Notes under the pieces: model-generated | What the model was told of the DNA's origin: nothing | Seen by the model: the letters and a program-made list of their open reading frames with translations, nothing else | The model's database searches: none | Position numbers and translations under genes: made by a program | NCBI GenBank assembly: GCA_964608265.1 | Contig: CAZSNP010000019.1 | Coordinates: forward strand, 120-64,119 | Length of the DNA: 64,000 nt | Reading direction: 5' to 3' | Source of the DNA: an uncultured Anaerolineales bacterium | Lineage (GTDB): Bacteria; Chloroflexota; Anaerolineae; Anaerolineales; UBA6663 | Shown here: one piece after another, positions 35,002-44,038 of the stretch | How positions within the stretch are numbered: the first letter of the stretch is position 1 | Layout of the letters: each line of letters starts with the position of its first letter

Positions 35002-37593
35002 ATGGAGCTATTGGAACGCGAAGGGCCGTTGCGGGAGCTGGAGGCGGCGCTGGCCGAGGCCGCGAACGGCGCGGGCCGCGTGGCGCTGGTCAGCGGCGAG
35101 GCCGGCATCGGCAAGACGGCGCTCATCGAACGCTTCGCGCGCGAGCACCGGACGGATGTGCGCGTGCTGTGGGGTGCGTGCGACGCGCTCTTCACCCCGC
35201 GCCCGCTTGGCCCGCTGTACGACATCGCCGCCCAAACCGGCGGGGCACTGGCCGCCGCGCTCGAGGCGGACGCCAACCGCAACACTATCTTCTCCGCCGT
35301 GCTGGCCGAACTGAATCGCCAGCCGACGCTCGTCGTCTTCGAGGACGTGCATTGGGCGGACGAGGCCACGCTCGATCTGTTGCGCTTCCTTGGCCGGCGC
35401 ATCGCCCGCACCCGCGCGCTGCTCGTGCTGACGTATCGCGACGACGAGCTTGGCCCGCGCCACCCGCTGCGCACCGTGTTGGGGGATTTGACCGCGCCGG
35501 AGGTGGTGCGCCGCATCGCGCTCGCGCCACTGAGCGAGGCCGCCGCGCGCGCCCTCGTCGGCGAGCGGCGACTGGATGTGGCCGCGCTCCACCGCCAGAC
35601 CGGCGGCAATCCATTTTTCATCTCGGAAGTTCTGGAATCCGGTGGGGGCGGCATTCCGGCCACCGTGCGCGACGCGGTGCTGGCGCGCGCGGGCCGGCTT
35701 TCGGAGTCGGCGCAGGCGGTGTTGCGGGCTGCCGCCGTCATCGGCCCGCGCATCGAGCCGTGGCTGCTGGCGCACCTCACCGGGGCCGAGGCCGAGGCCG
35801 GCGAGGAATGTCTGTCGAGCGGCATGCTGATCGTGCACGGCGAGGCGCTGGCCTTTCGCCACGAACTGGCGTGGCAGACCGTGCTCGAAACCATTTCGCC
35901 GCCGCAGAAGCTCTCGCTGCACCGCATGGCCCTCGATGCGCTCAGGGCGCTGCCCGCCACGCGCCACGACCTTTCGCGCCTGGCCCACCACGCCGAGGCC
36001 GCCGGTGATGCCGAGGCCACATTGGAATACGCCCCCGCCGCCGCGCGCAGAGCCGCCGCGGCCGGCGCGCATCGCGAAGCCAAGACGCTGTACGAGTTGG
36101 CCCTGCGCAACGCCGCCCTGCTTCCCGCCGAAGCGCACGCCGAACTGCTCGATGCGTACGCCGAGGAGTGCAACTCGGTTGATCAGCGCGCCGAGGGGTT
36201 GGCGGCGCGGCAGAAAGCCCTGCATCTGTGGCGCGAGTTGGGGCGACCACTGCGGGCCGGTGAGACCCTCGCGCACACGGCCATCCTGTACAACGGGTTG
36301 GGCAATACGACAGCCGCCGAGAAGGCCTGTGACGAGGCCGTCGCACTGCTCGAGGCGCAGCCGCCGGGCCGGGCGCTGGCCTATGCGTATCGAATCCGCG
36401 CCGGGCTGCTCATGCTCAATCAGCGGAACGCCGAGGCCATCGAGTGGGGCGAACGCGCCATCGCCCTGGCCAGCGAATTTGGCGACGCCGACCTGGTGCT
36501 GGCGACCCAGGTGCCGATGAGCTCGGCGTGGCTGCAATTGGATTATGAGCGCGGGCGACAAATGTTGACCAGCGTCATCCGTCAGGCGCGCGAAACCGGT
36601 CGCATCGTGGTGGCCGCGAATGCTTACGCCAACCTGAGTTCGGCGTCGAGCGAGCTATATCGCTTCGATGTGGCCGAGCAGGTCGCGCGCGAGGGATTGA
36701 GTTACTCGGCCGAGCATGGGCACGATCGTTTCCGGCTGTACATGCTGGCCTGGCAGGCGATGACGCACCTGCGGCTTGGCCGGTGGGATGAGGCGATTGA
36801 CGCCGCCAGCCTCGTGCTGCAACCGCCGGGCGTCTCGGCCACCAGCCGGGTCACCGCGCTGGCCGCGCTCGGCTACGTGCGTGTGCGGCGCGGCGACTCC
36901 ATTGCGCCGATTGTGCTGGACGAGGCGCTGGAGTTGTTGCGCGATATGGGCAGCCTGCACCGCGTGGCGCTGGTGCGCGGCGCGCGGGCCGAGGCCGCCT
37001 GGCTGGCTGGCGACCGCGCGCGGACCATCGAGGAAGCGCGGGCCGCATTCGACCTCGCCCTGAGCGCGCGCCACCCGTGGTTCGCCGGCGAGATGGCGTA
37101 CTGGCTGTGGCGCGCGGGTGAAGACGTCGTGGCAGAGCAGTGGATGGCGAAGCCCTACGCGCTGCACATCACCGGCGACTGGCGCGGCGCGGCAGAGGAA
37201 TGGCGGCGGCTGGGCTGCCCGTATGAAGAGGCCCGTGCGCTTGCAGAGGGTGACGCTGAAGCGCAGACCGCCGCGCTCGCCATCTTCGAGAAATTGAGCG
37301 CGCGGCCCGCCGCCGAGGCGCTGCGCGAAAAGATGCGGTCCGCCGGGCTAAAGACGCCGCGTGGCCCTCGCCCCGCCACCCGCGAGAATCCCTTCGGCCT
37401 CACCGCCCGCCAGCTCGATATCCTCGCCCTGCTCGCCGCGGGCCTCACTAACGCCGAGATCGCCGCGCGGCTGCACCTCTCCCCCAAGACCGTAGACCAT
37501 CATGTAAGCGCGGTGCTCGCCAAGCTCGAGGTGGCCTCGCGCGAGGCCGCCGCTGACGTGGCCCGGCAACATCAGCTGTTCCCAAAATCCTGA
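35002..37593 (+). CDS. large ATP-binding LuxR-family regulator (LAL/MalT-like)
   Basis: Walker A GEAGIGKT, central TPR-like helical repeats, and a C-terminal LuxR HTH (LTARQLDILALLAAGLTNAEIAARLHLSPKTVDHHVSAVLAKL). TAGAAT lies 8 nt before the ATG. Confidence 0.85.
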   Translation: MELLEREGPLRELEAALAEAANGAGRVALVSGEAGIGKTALIERFAREHRTDVRVLWGACDALFTPRPLGPLYDIAAQTGGALAAALEADANRNTIFSAVLAELNRQPTLVVFEDVHWADEATLDLLRFLGRRIARTRALLVLTYRDDELGPRHPLRTVLGDLTAPEVVRRIALAPLSEAAARALVGERRLDVAALHRQTGGNPFFISEVLESGGGGIPATVRDAVLARAGRLSESAQAVLRAAAVIGPRIEPWLLAHLTGAEAEAGEECLSSGMLIVHGEALAFRHELAWQTVLETISPPQKLSLHRMALDALRALPATRHDLSRLAHHAEAAGDAEATLEYAPAAARRAAAAGAHREAKTLYELALRNAALLPAEAHAELLDAYAEECNSVDQRAEGLAARQKALHLWRELGRPLRAGETLAHTAILYNGLGNTTAAEKACDEAVALLEAQPPGRALAYAYRIRAGLLMLNQRNAEAIEWGERAIALASEFGDADLVLATQVPMSSAWLQLDYERGRQMLTSVIRQARETGRIVVAANAYANLSSASSELYRFDVAEQVAREGLSYSAEHGHDRFRLYMLAWQAMTHLRLGRWDEAIDAASLVLQPPGVSATSRVTALAALGYVRVRRGDSIAPIVLDEALELLRDMGSLHRVALVRGARAEAAWLAGDRARTIEEARAAFDLALSARHPWFAGEMAYWLWRAGEDVVAEQWMAKPYALHITGDWRGAAEEWRRLGCPYEEARALAEGDAEAQTAALAIFEKLSARPAAEALREKMRSAGLKTPRGPRPATRENPFGLTARQLDILALLAAGLTNAEIAARLHLSPKTVDHHVSAVLAKLEVASREAAADVARQHQLFPKS

Positions 37594-37651
37594 TCCCCGT
37601 GAAATCCGCGCCGGCTTGCGCTGATCCCTGACCGCAAAATCCCCCGGCCTC

Positions 37652-37688
37652 TTCCCAATATAGGGAACCGACATCCCCAATATAGGGT
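37652..37688 (+). promoter_or_regulatory. two identical hexaloop mini-hairpins (antiterminator-type leader element)
   Basis: Hairpin 1: TTCCC-AATATA-GGGAA (37652-37667). Hairpin 2: CCC-AATATA-GGG (37676-37687). The 3' arm of hairpin 2 shares G86-G87 with the terminator stem. Confidence 0.5.
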
Positions 37689-37720
37689 GCGCCTCCCGAT
37701 GCGGCGGCGCACCACTTTTT
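37686..37720 (+). terminator. intrinsic terminator immediately upstream of the globin RBS
   Basis: GGTGCGCC (37686-37693) pairs with GGCGCACC (37706-37713), with a 12-nt loop, followed by ACTTTTTG. About 35 nt before ATG 37755. Confidence 0.65.
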
Positions 37721-37754
37721 GTATCCTGTCAACACCACAGGAAAGGAAAGCCGA

Positions 37755-38162
37755 ATGAACACCGACACCATCACACTGATCCGCCGGAGCTGGGCCAAAG
37801 TCGTCCCCATCGCCCCGCAGGCGGCGGCGCTGTTCTATCAAAACCTGTTCGCTGCTGATCCGGCGTTGCGCCCGCTCTTCAAGAGCGATATGACCGAGCA
37901 GGGCCACAAGCTGACGCAGATGCTCGGCGCGGCGGTGAGCAAGCTGGACGATTTGGAGGCGCTCCTGCCCGTGCTGCAAGCGCTGGCCCGCCGCCACGTC
38001 GGTTACGGCGTGCAGGCCGAGCATTACGCCACCGTCGGCGCGGCGCTGCTCAAGACTCTCGAGCAGGGCCTGGGCGACGACTTCACCCCGCCGGTGCGCG
38101 AGGCCTGGGCGGCGGTTTACGGCCTCGTCGCCGACGTGATGATTCAGGCCTCGCACAACTAA
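37755..38162 (+). CDS. single-domain globin (flavohaemoglobin/Vgb-like 3-on-3 globin)
   Basis: ITLIRRSWAKV...AALFYQNLFAADPALRPLF...LARRHVGYGVQAEHYATVGAALLKTL aligns by eye with FHb-type globin domains. AGGAAAGGAAAG RBS. Confidence 0.8.
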   Translation: MNTDTITLIRRSWAKVVPIAPQAAALFYQNLFAADPALRPLFKSDMTEQGHKLTQMLGAAVSKLDDLEALLPVLQALARRHVGYGVQAEHYATVGAALLKTLEQGLGDDFTPPVREAWAAVYGLVADVMIQASHN

Positions 38163-38208
38163 CCCTCGAGTGCGACTCACCGTACGCTCTCATCCCATGG
38201 AGTTTCCG

Positions 38209-38379
38209 ATGTCCCTTTCAAATATCGTCGAGATCGGTCTGAGCCTGTTGACCCTTGGGGCAGCATTGGGCCTGTGGTTGTACGCCGCCCGCCATAGCGA
38301 GCCGCGCGATGTGATGTTGGTGATCGGCAGCACGCTCGCGCCTTCGGGCCGTCGCACCCGGCGCGAGCGGGAGTATTGA
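38209..38379 (+). CDS. small single-pass membrane protein
   Basis: 56 aa. GGAG lies 6 nt before the ATG. TM helix [22 protein letters not shown]. The stop is 1 nt before the next gene. Confidence 0.4.
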   Translation: MSLSNIVEIGLSLLTLGAALGLWLYAARHSEPRDVMLVIGSTLAPSGRRTRREREY

Positions 38380-38380
38380 G

Positions 38381-40300
38381 ATGCAGCGCCTGCTCGCCAA
38401 CGCCCTCGTTCGCCTCAGCCTCGCCGCCGCGCTGCTCGCCGGCGTGGCGTGGGCGGTGACACCCGTCCCGACCGCCCGCGCCGCCACCATCACCGTCACG
38501 ACCACGCAGGACGAGAACAACAACGACGGCGACTGTTCGCTGCGCGAGGCCATCCTCGCGGCCGAAGCCGACACGGCGGTGGATGCCTGTACGGCGGGCA
38601 GCGGCGCAGACACGATTGCCCTGGCGAGCAACGCGACTTACGCGCTGACGCTCAGCGTGGCCGCGGCCGATGTCGGCGCTACCGGCCTGCCGACGATCAC
38701 CGGCGCCGTCATCCTCCGGGGCAACGGCTCGACCATCCGGCGCGACAGCGCCGCCGCCTTCCGCATCTTGCGCATCGCCAGCGGCGGCAGCCTGACTCTC
38801 GACGAAGTCACGATCCGGGACGGCCTGGCCGAGAACACCAGCAGCAGTGGCCGGGGCGGCGGCATTTACAACCAGGGCACGTTGACGCTGACCAACAACA
38901 GCGCTGTCCGAGGCAACAGTATCGTGATCAATGGCAACAGCGCCAGCCCCCAGGCCGGCTACGGTGGCGGAGTCTACAACTTAGGGACAGTCACCATCAC
39001 CGCGAGCACCGTTGCCAATAACACCATTAACGTCACCAACACCGGCACAGGCGCCGCCCTCGGCTTCGGCGGTGGCCTCCACCATTCTGGTCCCAGCCTG
39101 ACTATCACCGAGGGCGTCGTCGGCAACAACAGCGTGACGACCCTCGCCACCGGCGGCGGCGCAAACAACTCAGGCGGTGGCGGCCTCTACGCCGCAGGTT
39201 CGACGGTGACGACTATTACGGACAGTGCGATCCGCAACAACCAAGCCAGCGCGCCAAGCGGCGGCAGCGGCGGCGGCCTCTTTTTGGTGAGCGCCACCCT
39301 CAATCTAATCAGTAGCACTGTCAACGACAACACGGTCAGCGGTAGCAACGCGGCGTCTGGGGCCACGGCTGGGGGAGGGATGACTCTCAATGTGAGCACC
39401 ACCGCCACAATCGTCAACAGCACCATCAGCGGCAATAGCGCGACCGGCTCGTTCAGCAACTTGGGCGGGGGGATCAACAACGGCGGCGCTTTGGAGATCA
39501 TCCAGAGCACGATCTCCGATAACACTGCGGGGAGCGGCGGCGGATTGCGTGACTCGAGCGGCGGCACGGCGACCCTCCTCGGCACGATCATCGCCGGCAA
39601 TCTGGCCGGCGGCTCGCTCACCGGCGCCACTGCTGACTGTGATTTTGGCTCTGGCCTCAACACCAGCAACAACAACCTCACCGGAATCGGGACCGGTTGT
39701 ACGCTGACCGGGACGGGCAACCGCACCGTCGCGCCGGCCTCGGTCACCACCACGGTGCTCGGCCCCTTGGGCGACAATGGCGGCCCGACCCGCACTCACG
39801 CGCTCAGGCTCGCCACGGGCAACCCGGCGGTTGATGCTGCCGACAACGCGATCTGTGCGGCGGCGGTGGTTGGCAACGTGGACCAACGCGGCGAGGCCCG
39901 GCCCTTCGATGGCGACGGCAACGGCGCGGCCACGTGCGACATCGGTGCGTATGAATTGCGCACGACCTTGCCGACCGCGACGCCGACCGCAACGACCCCG
40001 CCCTTCGTGCCGACCAACACGCCGTCGGCCACGGCCTCGCCGACGCGCACCAGCACGCCGACCCTCACGCCAACCGCGACGCCCACGCGCAACTGTACGC
40101 CCTCGGCGGATAACCCACCCTGCACGGCCACGCCGACCGGCACGCTCTCCGCGACGCCCACCGCGACGGCGACCCACACGGCCACGCGCACACCCACCGC
40201 TACCCCGTCGCCGACGGGCACGTTCATCATCCCGCCGCCCACCGTGCCGCCCGCCGCCTGTTCCACTCACTGCGTGTATCTGCCCATCATCCTTCGCTAA
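38381..40300 (+). CDS. secreted right-handed beta-helix protein (choice-of-anchor-Q-like N-terminal motif) with Thr/Pro linker and YLPIILR C-terminus
   Basis: Signal peptide. [21 protein letters not shown] motif. Many GGG(I/L)(Y/H)N beta-helix turns. A TP-rich linker. Terminal ...[13 protein letters not shown]. Confidence 0.8.
   Translation: MQRLLANALVRLSLAAALLAGVAWAVTPVPTARAATITVTTTQDENNNDGDCSLREAILAAEADTAVDACTAGSGADTIALASNATYALTLSVAAADVGATGLPTITGAVILRGNGSTIRRDSAAAFRILRIASGGSLTLDEVTIRDGLAENTSSSGRGGGIYNQGTLTLTNNSAVRGNSIVINGNSASPQAGYGGGVYNLGTVTITASTVANNTINVTNTGTGAALGFGGGLHHSGPSLTITEGVVGNNSVTTLATGGGANNSGGGGLYAAGSTVTTITDSAIRNNQASAPSGGSGGGLFLVSATLNLISSTVNDNTVSGSNAASGATAGGGMTLNVSTTATIVNSTISGNSATGSFSNLGGGINNGGALEIIQSTISDNTAGSGGGLRDSSGGTATLLGTIIAGNLAGGSLTGATADCDFGSGLNTSNNNLTGIGTGCTLTGTGNRTVAPASVTTTVLGPLGDNGGPTRTHALRLATGNPAVDAADNAICAAAVVGNVDQRGEARPFDGDGNGAATCDIGAYELRTTLPTATPTATTPPFVPTNTPSATASPTRTSTPTLTPTATPTRNCTPSADNPPCTATPTGTLSATPTATATHTATRTPTATPSPTGTFIIPPPTVPPAACSTHCVYLPIILR
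39950..40260 (+). repeat. Thr/Pro/Ala-rich low-complexity coding repeat (linker)
   Basis: [11 protein letters not shown]...[11 protein letters not shown]...[21 protein letters not shown], with ACGCC/ACCCC-rich DNA. Confidence 0.8.
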
Positions 40301-40347
40301 TCGGTTCGTTGCCGACAACAACCCGACCCACTCACCTGGAGTTCACC

Positions 40348-41016
40348 ATGTTGCGCAATCCTTTCGACCAGATTGAAGACCCGACCCAAAAGAAGCTGCT
40401 GCAATTCCGCGTCGTCCTGGCCGGGGCCATCATCGGCGGCGTGCTGTTGTGCAGCCTCCTCATCCTGGGCGGCCTGGCGCTGCAGGGCGCAACGCAGGCG
40501 CCGACAAAAGCCACCCAACAAGCGTCGTTCGACTCGGTGAAGCCGCTCAAGGAATTGTGCGCGGGTGGGGCCGGCAATGCTGCCGCGGCCGGCTACGCGC
40601 CCGGCAGCGGCCCGCACCGCCTGGTCGTGTTTCGCTCCAACATCGCCGGCTCGACCGACCTTTCCGCTTTCTACATCCGCACCGAGGACTATCCCGAAGC
40701 CTGGCGCGCCGCCGTGGTCGAGGAGGCCGCGCTGGTGGCGTGCGTCAGCGCCAACTCGTACATCGTCGAGGAATGCGCCTACACGCTGGAGGGCAATCAG
40801 GCCGCGACCTTGCAGCGCGTCCAGCTCGCCGCCACGATCAATCTGTACGCGGCGCGCACCGGCGCGCTGGTCGGCCAGACCGAGTTGATCGGTGCGACGC
40901 CGCGCGCCTGCCAGGATACGGAGCAATTCAGCGGGGGCCTGCTCACCGCCACGGTCACCGGCGAGGCCGTGCCGCCGGAGGCCATTGCGGAGTGGCTGAG
41001 CGAGTTCGTGCAGTAA
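40348..41016 (+). CDS. single-pass membrane protein with extracytoplasmic Cys-containing domain
   Basis: GGAG RBS. TM helix VVLAGAIIGGVLLCSLLILGGLAL. No family recognised. Confidence 0.65.
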   Translation: MLRNPFDQIEDPTQKKLLQFRVVLAGAIIGGVLLCSLLILGGLALQGATQAPTKATQQASFDSVKPLKELCAGGAGNAAAAGYAPGSGPHRLVVFRSNIAGSTDLSAFYIRTEDYPEAWRAAVVEEAALVACVSANSYIVEECAYTLEGNQAATLQRVQLAATINLYAARTGALVGQTELIGATPRACQDTEQFSGGLLTATVTGEAVPPEAIAEWLSEFVQ

Positions 41017-41058
41017 CGGCTGAGGTTCGTCAGCCGATCGTTGAAAAGGAGATTCACA

Positions 41059-42399
41059 ATGGCAAAAGTTACCTGGGAAATCACCGGCCGTATCCTGCTG
41101 GAAGAGAATGAGGTCAATGGCAGCGGCCAGACCATGACCCGTTCGCTGTCGAACGTCGAGGTCGAAGTCAGCGGCTCCAATTTCGGTGCGTACGACTCGT
41201 GGGGGACGGTGCGCACGAACTCGGACGGCTACTTTACCCTGCGCAAGGAGAAGGATCAGAGCAAGCGCAAGATCAAGGTCAAAGTCCGCTTCGCCGACAG
41301 CGAACTGGAGATCAACACCGGCGCACTGGCCAACGTCACTGACTTCATCAGCCCGGCCATCGAGGTCTTCGAGCACGCCAACGAGGTCGAAGGCCCAAAC
41401 ATTAACATCGGCACGCGCGCCTTCAAGGCCGGGGCGAGCGGCGAGCTGGGCGACCGCGACAACCGCCGCCGCGCCATCGCCTGGTACGTGTGCAAGAAGC
41501 TGATCAATACCTTTCAGGACAAAGACCCCTACTTCGACTTCAAGGGCAAGGTTAAGGTCATCTACCCCGCCAATGTGGTCAGCGGCCTGTGTTACGCCAA
41601 CGGCGTGACGCGCTCGGTTTACATGCACACAACCTCCAGCAAAGACTTGTGGGATGTGCAGGTGCTGATCCACGAGTTCATGCACCTGTGGAACTACGAC
41701 CACAATCACGGCACGGCCAACTGGCTTGGCGCGCTGTTCTGCCCGCCCGACCTGAGCACCCACAGCCAGGCCGAGCGCCGGCCCATCGCCTTTCATGAAG
41801 GCTTTGCCGAATATGCAGGCTGGGCGTTGTTGCACGAGATGTGGGGCGACGAGCCTGACAGCACCCGCACGCGGCCTCTGCCCTACACCCGTTACGCTTT
41901 CGTCCACGATCTGCACCTGGATACGGTGGATGAAGTCGAGCAAAACGATATCGGCGTCTACCGTGCATTGTGCCTGCTCACCAGCCGCGCCCTCTACGCC
42001 CGTCGCTTCGGCACGAAAAACACCCGGCTGGACTCCGATCCTCACCCGCAGAAAGTGGAAACCGCCGGCCTCGACTGCCCGCAGAATCCAAAGCTGACGA
42101 TCTGGGACGTGTTGAAGGTCTTTCAGGCCAACCCATCGAAGGGCTATTCCACCGAGTGGCAGGTGGGCAGCAACGACTACGGCGTGCGCCGCTTCTTCGA
42201 GCGCGCTGCCGACGTGCTCGACGCGCTGGACGAGTCGACGAAAGACCTGATGCTCAGCCTGATTGACCCGAACAGCACCGAGGAGCCGCAGTCGCGCTGT
42301 GAAAAAGTCACCCGGCCCGAGATCGCCGGATCGAAGCCGATCGGAAGCGGGCAAATCGCAGCGGCGGCGCAGTCGGCGCTGAACAAGCCACGACCATGA
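41059..42399 (+). CDS. HExxH protein, putative gluzincin-type metallopeptidase with N-terminal beta-sandwich
   Basis: AAGGAG lies 7 nt before ATG 41059. LIHEFMHLWNYDH plus a downstream FHEGFAEYAG (HExxH...E arrangement). No signal peptide. Visibly lower G+C than neighbours. Confidence 0.6.
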   Translation: MAKVTWEITGRILLEENEVNGSGQTMTRSLSNVEVEVSGSNFGAYDSWGTVRTNSDGYFTLRKEKDQSKRKIKVKVRFADSELEINTGALANVTDFISPAIEVFEHANEVEGPNINIGTRAFKAGASGELGDRDNRRRAIAWYVCKKLINTFQDKDPYFDFKGKVKVIYPANVVSGLCYANGVTRSVYMHTTSSKDLWDVQVLIHEFMHLWNYDHNHGTANWLGALFCPPDLSTHSQAERRPIAFHEGFAEYAGWALLHEMWGDEPDSTRTRPLPYTRYAFVHDLHLDTVDEVEQNDIGVYRALCLLTSRALYARRFGTKNTRLDSDPHPQKVETAGLDCPQNPKLTIWDVLKVFQANPSKGYSTEWQVGSNDYGVRRFFERAADVLDALDESTKDLMLSLIDPNSTEEPQSRCEKVTRPEIAGSKPIGSGQIAAAAQSALNKPRP

Positions 42400-44021
42400 A
42401 TACACGACTTTCTACGCTCTGGCGCGTCCTGGTCGTGTTCAGCCTGGCCGTGCTCAGCGCGCAACCGCGGCCCGCCTCCGCCGCGACGGTCGTGCGCAAA
42501 CTCAGCGGCGTCATGCCGGCCCCGGGCGATGTTGTGTTCGGGCTGCGCGGCCCGGCCATCAGCCCGGATGGGCAACACGTGGTGTACGTGGCCGATGCGG
42601 TCACCGACGGCGCCGAAGAATTGTGGGTCGCGCCCATCACCGGCGCGACGCCGCCGCTGCGCCTGAGCGGCCTGCTGCCCGCCGGCGCACGCGTCGAGCA
42701 GTTCCGGATCGCGCCCAACAGCCAGCGCGTGGTGTACACCGCCGCGCAGGATAGTGCCGGGGTCGTAGAGCTGTACAGCGTGCCCGTGACCGGCGGCGCC
42801 ATCACCAAGCTCAACCCGCCGCTGGTGGCGAACGGGGATGTGGAGCGCTTCGAAATCAGCCCGGACGGCAACTGGGTCGTGTACCTGGCGGATCAGATCA
42901 CCGACAACCGCGCCGAGTTGTTCTCCGTGCCCATCGCCGGCGGCGCGGCCGTCAAACTCAACGGCGCGCTGGCAGTCGGCGGCAATATCTACGAGTACCT
43001 CATCAGCCCGGACAGCCAGCGGGTGCTCTACCGGGCCGATCAGGCCGCGAACAGTCGTTTCGAGTTGTTCAGCGTGCCCATCGCCGGCGGCGGTTTCACC
43101 CGGCTCAACAACGTGCTTCCGATCGGCGGGGCGGTCATCTCGACGCTGACCATCACACCGGACAGCAGCCAGGTGGTGTACCTGGCCACGGCCACCATTT
43201 CCACAGTCGTGGAACTGTATAGCAGCTCGATCATCACTTCGACGCAGGTCAAGCTCAACTCGCCGCTGGTCGCGGGGCGAGAGGTCTCGAACGCCCGCCT
43301 CAGCCCGGATGGCAGCCGAGTCGTGTATGTGGCCGATCAGGCCGCCGACGACATGTTCGAGATGTACAGCGTGCCGGTCGGCGGCGGCGCGGTCGTCAAG
43401 CTCAACGGCGCGCTGGTGGCGGGGGGCGATGTGTTCCCCAACGACTTCGTCATCAGCCCGGACAGCAGCCGGGTGGTGTACATCGCCGATCAACAAACGG
43501 ATGAAATGTACGAGCTTTACAGCGTGCCCCTCAGTGGCGGCGCGGCCGTCAAGCTCAACGCGCCGCTGGCCCCCGGCCGCGACGTGGATGCCTTCGGCAC
43601 GCTCATCACCCCGGACGGCCTGCACGTCGTCTTCCGCGCCGACCAGGACACGGACGAGGTCTTCGACCTCTACCGTGTGCCCCTCGCCGGCGGCGCCAAC
43701 CTCAGGCTGAACGGGACGCTGACCGCCGGCGGGTATGTATCCCAGTTCCTCCCCACGCCGGACAGCAGCCGGCTGGTATACGCCGCCTTTCAGAACTCGG
43801 TGGATGTGCTGGAGGTCTTCAGCGTTCCGCTGGCAGGCGGCCCGGTCACGCCAGTCAGCGGCCCGCTGGTGAATGGCGGCTCGGTGATCAGCGACTTCCT
43901 CATCAGCCCCAGCGGCCAGCGGGTCGTGTACGTCGCCGACGGAGAGGTGAATGAAGTCAATGAGCTGTACGCCAGCGCCGAGGAAGCCGTCCGGCTATAC
44001 CTGCCGTTGATCATCCGCTGA
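42396..44021 (+). CDS. secreted beta-propeller repeat protein (TolB/PD40-like blades) ending in YLPLIIR
   Basis: Signal peptide. 9-10 repeats of about 49 aa (ELYSVP..GG...KLN......V..F.ISPD...VVY.AD). Terminal ...EEAVRLYLPLIIR*. ATGA overlap with the upstream gene. Confidence 0.8.
   Translation: MNTRLSTLWRVLVVFSLAVLSAQPRPASAATVVRKLSGVMPAPGDVVFGLRGPAISPDGQHVVYVADAVTDGAEELWVAPITGATPPLRLSGLLPAGARVEQFRIAPNSQRVVYTAAQDSAGVVELYSVPVTGGAITKLNPPLVANGDVERFEISPDGNWVVYLADQITDNRAELFSVPIAGGAAVKLNGALAVGGNIYEYLISPDSQRVLYRADQAANSRFELFSVPIAGGGFTRLNNVLPIGGAVISTLTITPDSSQVVYLATATISTVVELYSSSIITSTQVKLNSPLVAGREVSNARLSPDGSRVVYVADQAADDMFEMYSVPVGGGAVVKLNGALVAGGDVFPNDFVISPDSSRVVYIADQQTDEMYELYSVPLSGGAAVKLNAPLAPGRDVDAFGTLITPDGLHVVFRADQDTDEVFDLYRVPLAGGANLRLNGTLTAGGYVSQFLPTPDSSRLVYAAFQNSVDVLEVFSVPLAGGPVTPVSGPLVNGGSVISDFLISPSGQRVVYVADGEVNEVNELYASAEEAVRLYLPLIIR
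42570..43990 (+). repeat. tandem coding repeats of about 147-150 bp (propeller blades)
   Basis: Repeat units are visible in the translated sequence. DNA identity between units is only partial. Confidence 0.8.
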
Positions 44022-44038
44022 GACCGGAGACCAGGATC

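Noticed and set aside
33186-36173. Very long antisense ORFs: 995 aa here; also 7528..9249, 16840..18588, 19259..21016, 40297..42405, 42177..43625 and many 100-400 aa ORFs.
   Set aside because: They lie opposite well-supported genes (rny, LuxR, serB/serA, cyclase, GH2, the secreted cluster). They are dominated by Arg/Ala/Gly/Pro and lack recognisable motifs. This is the classic stop-codon-poor shadow ORF of high-GC DNA.
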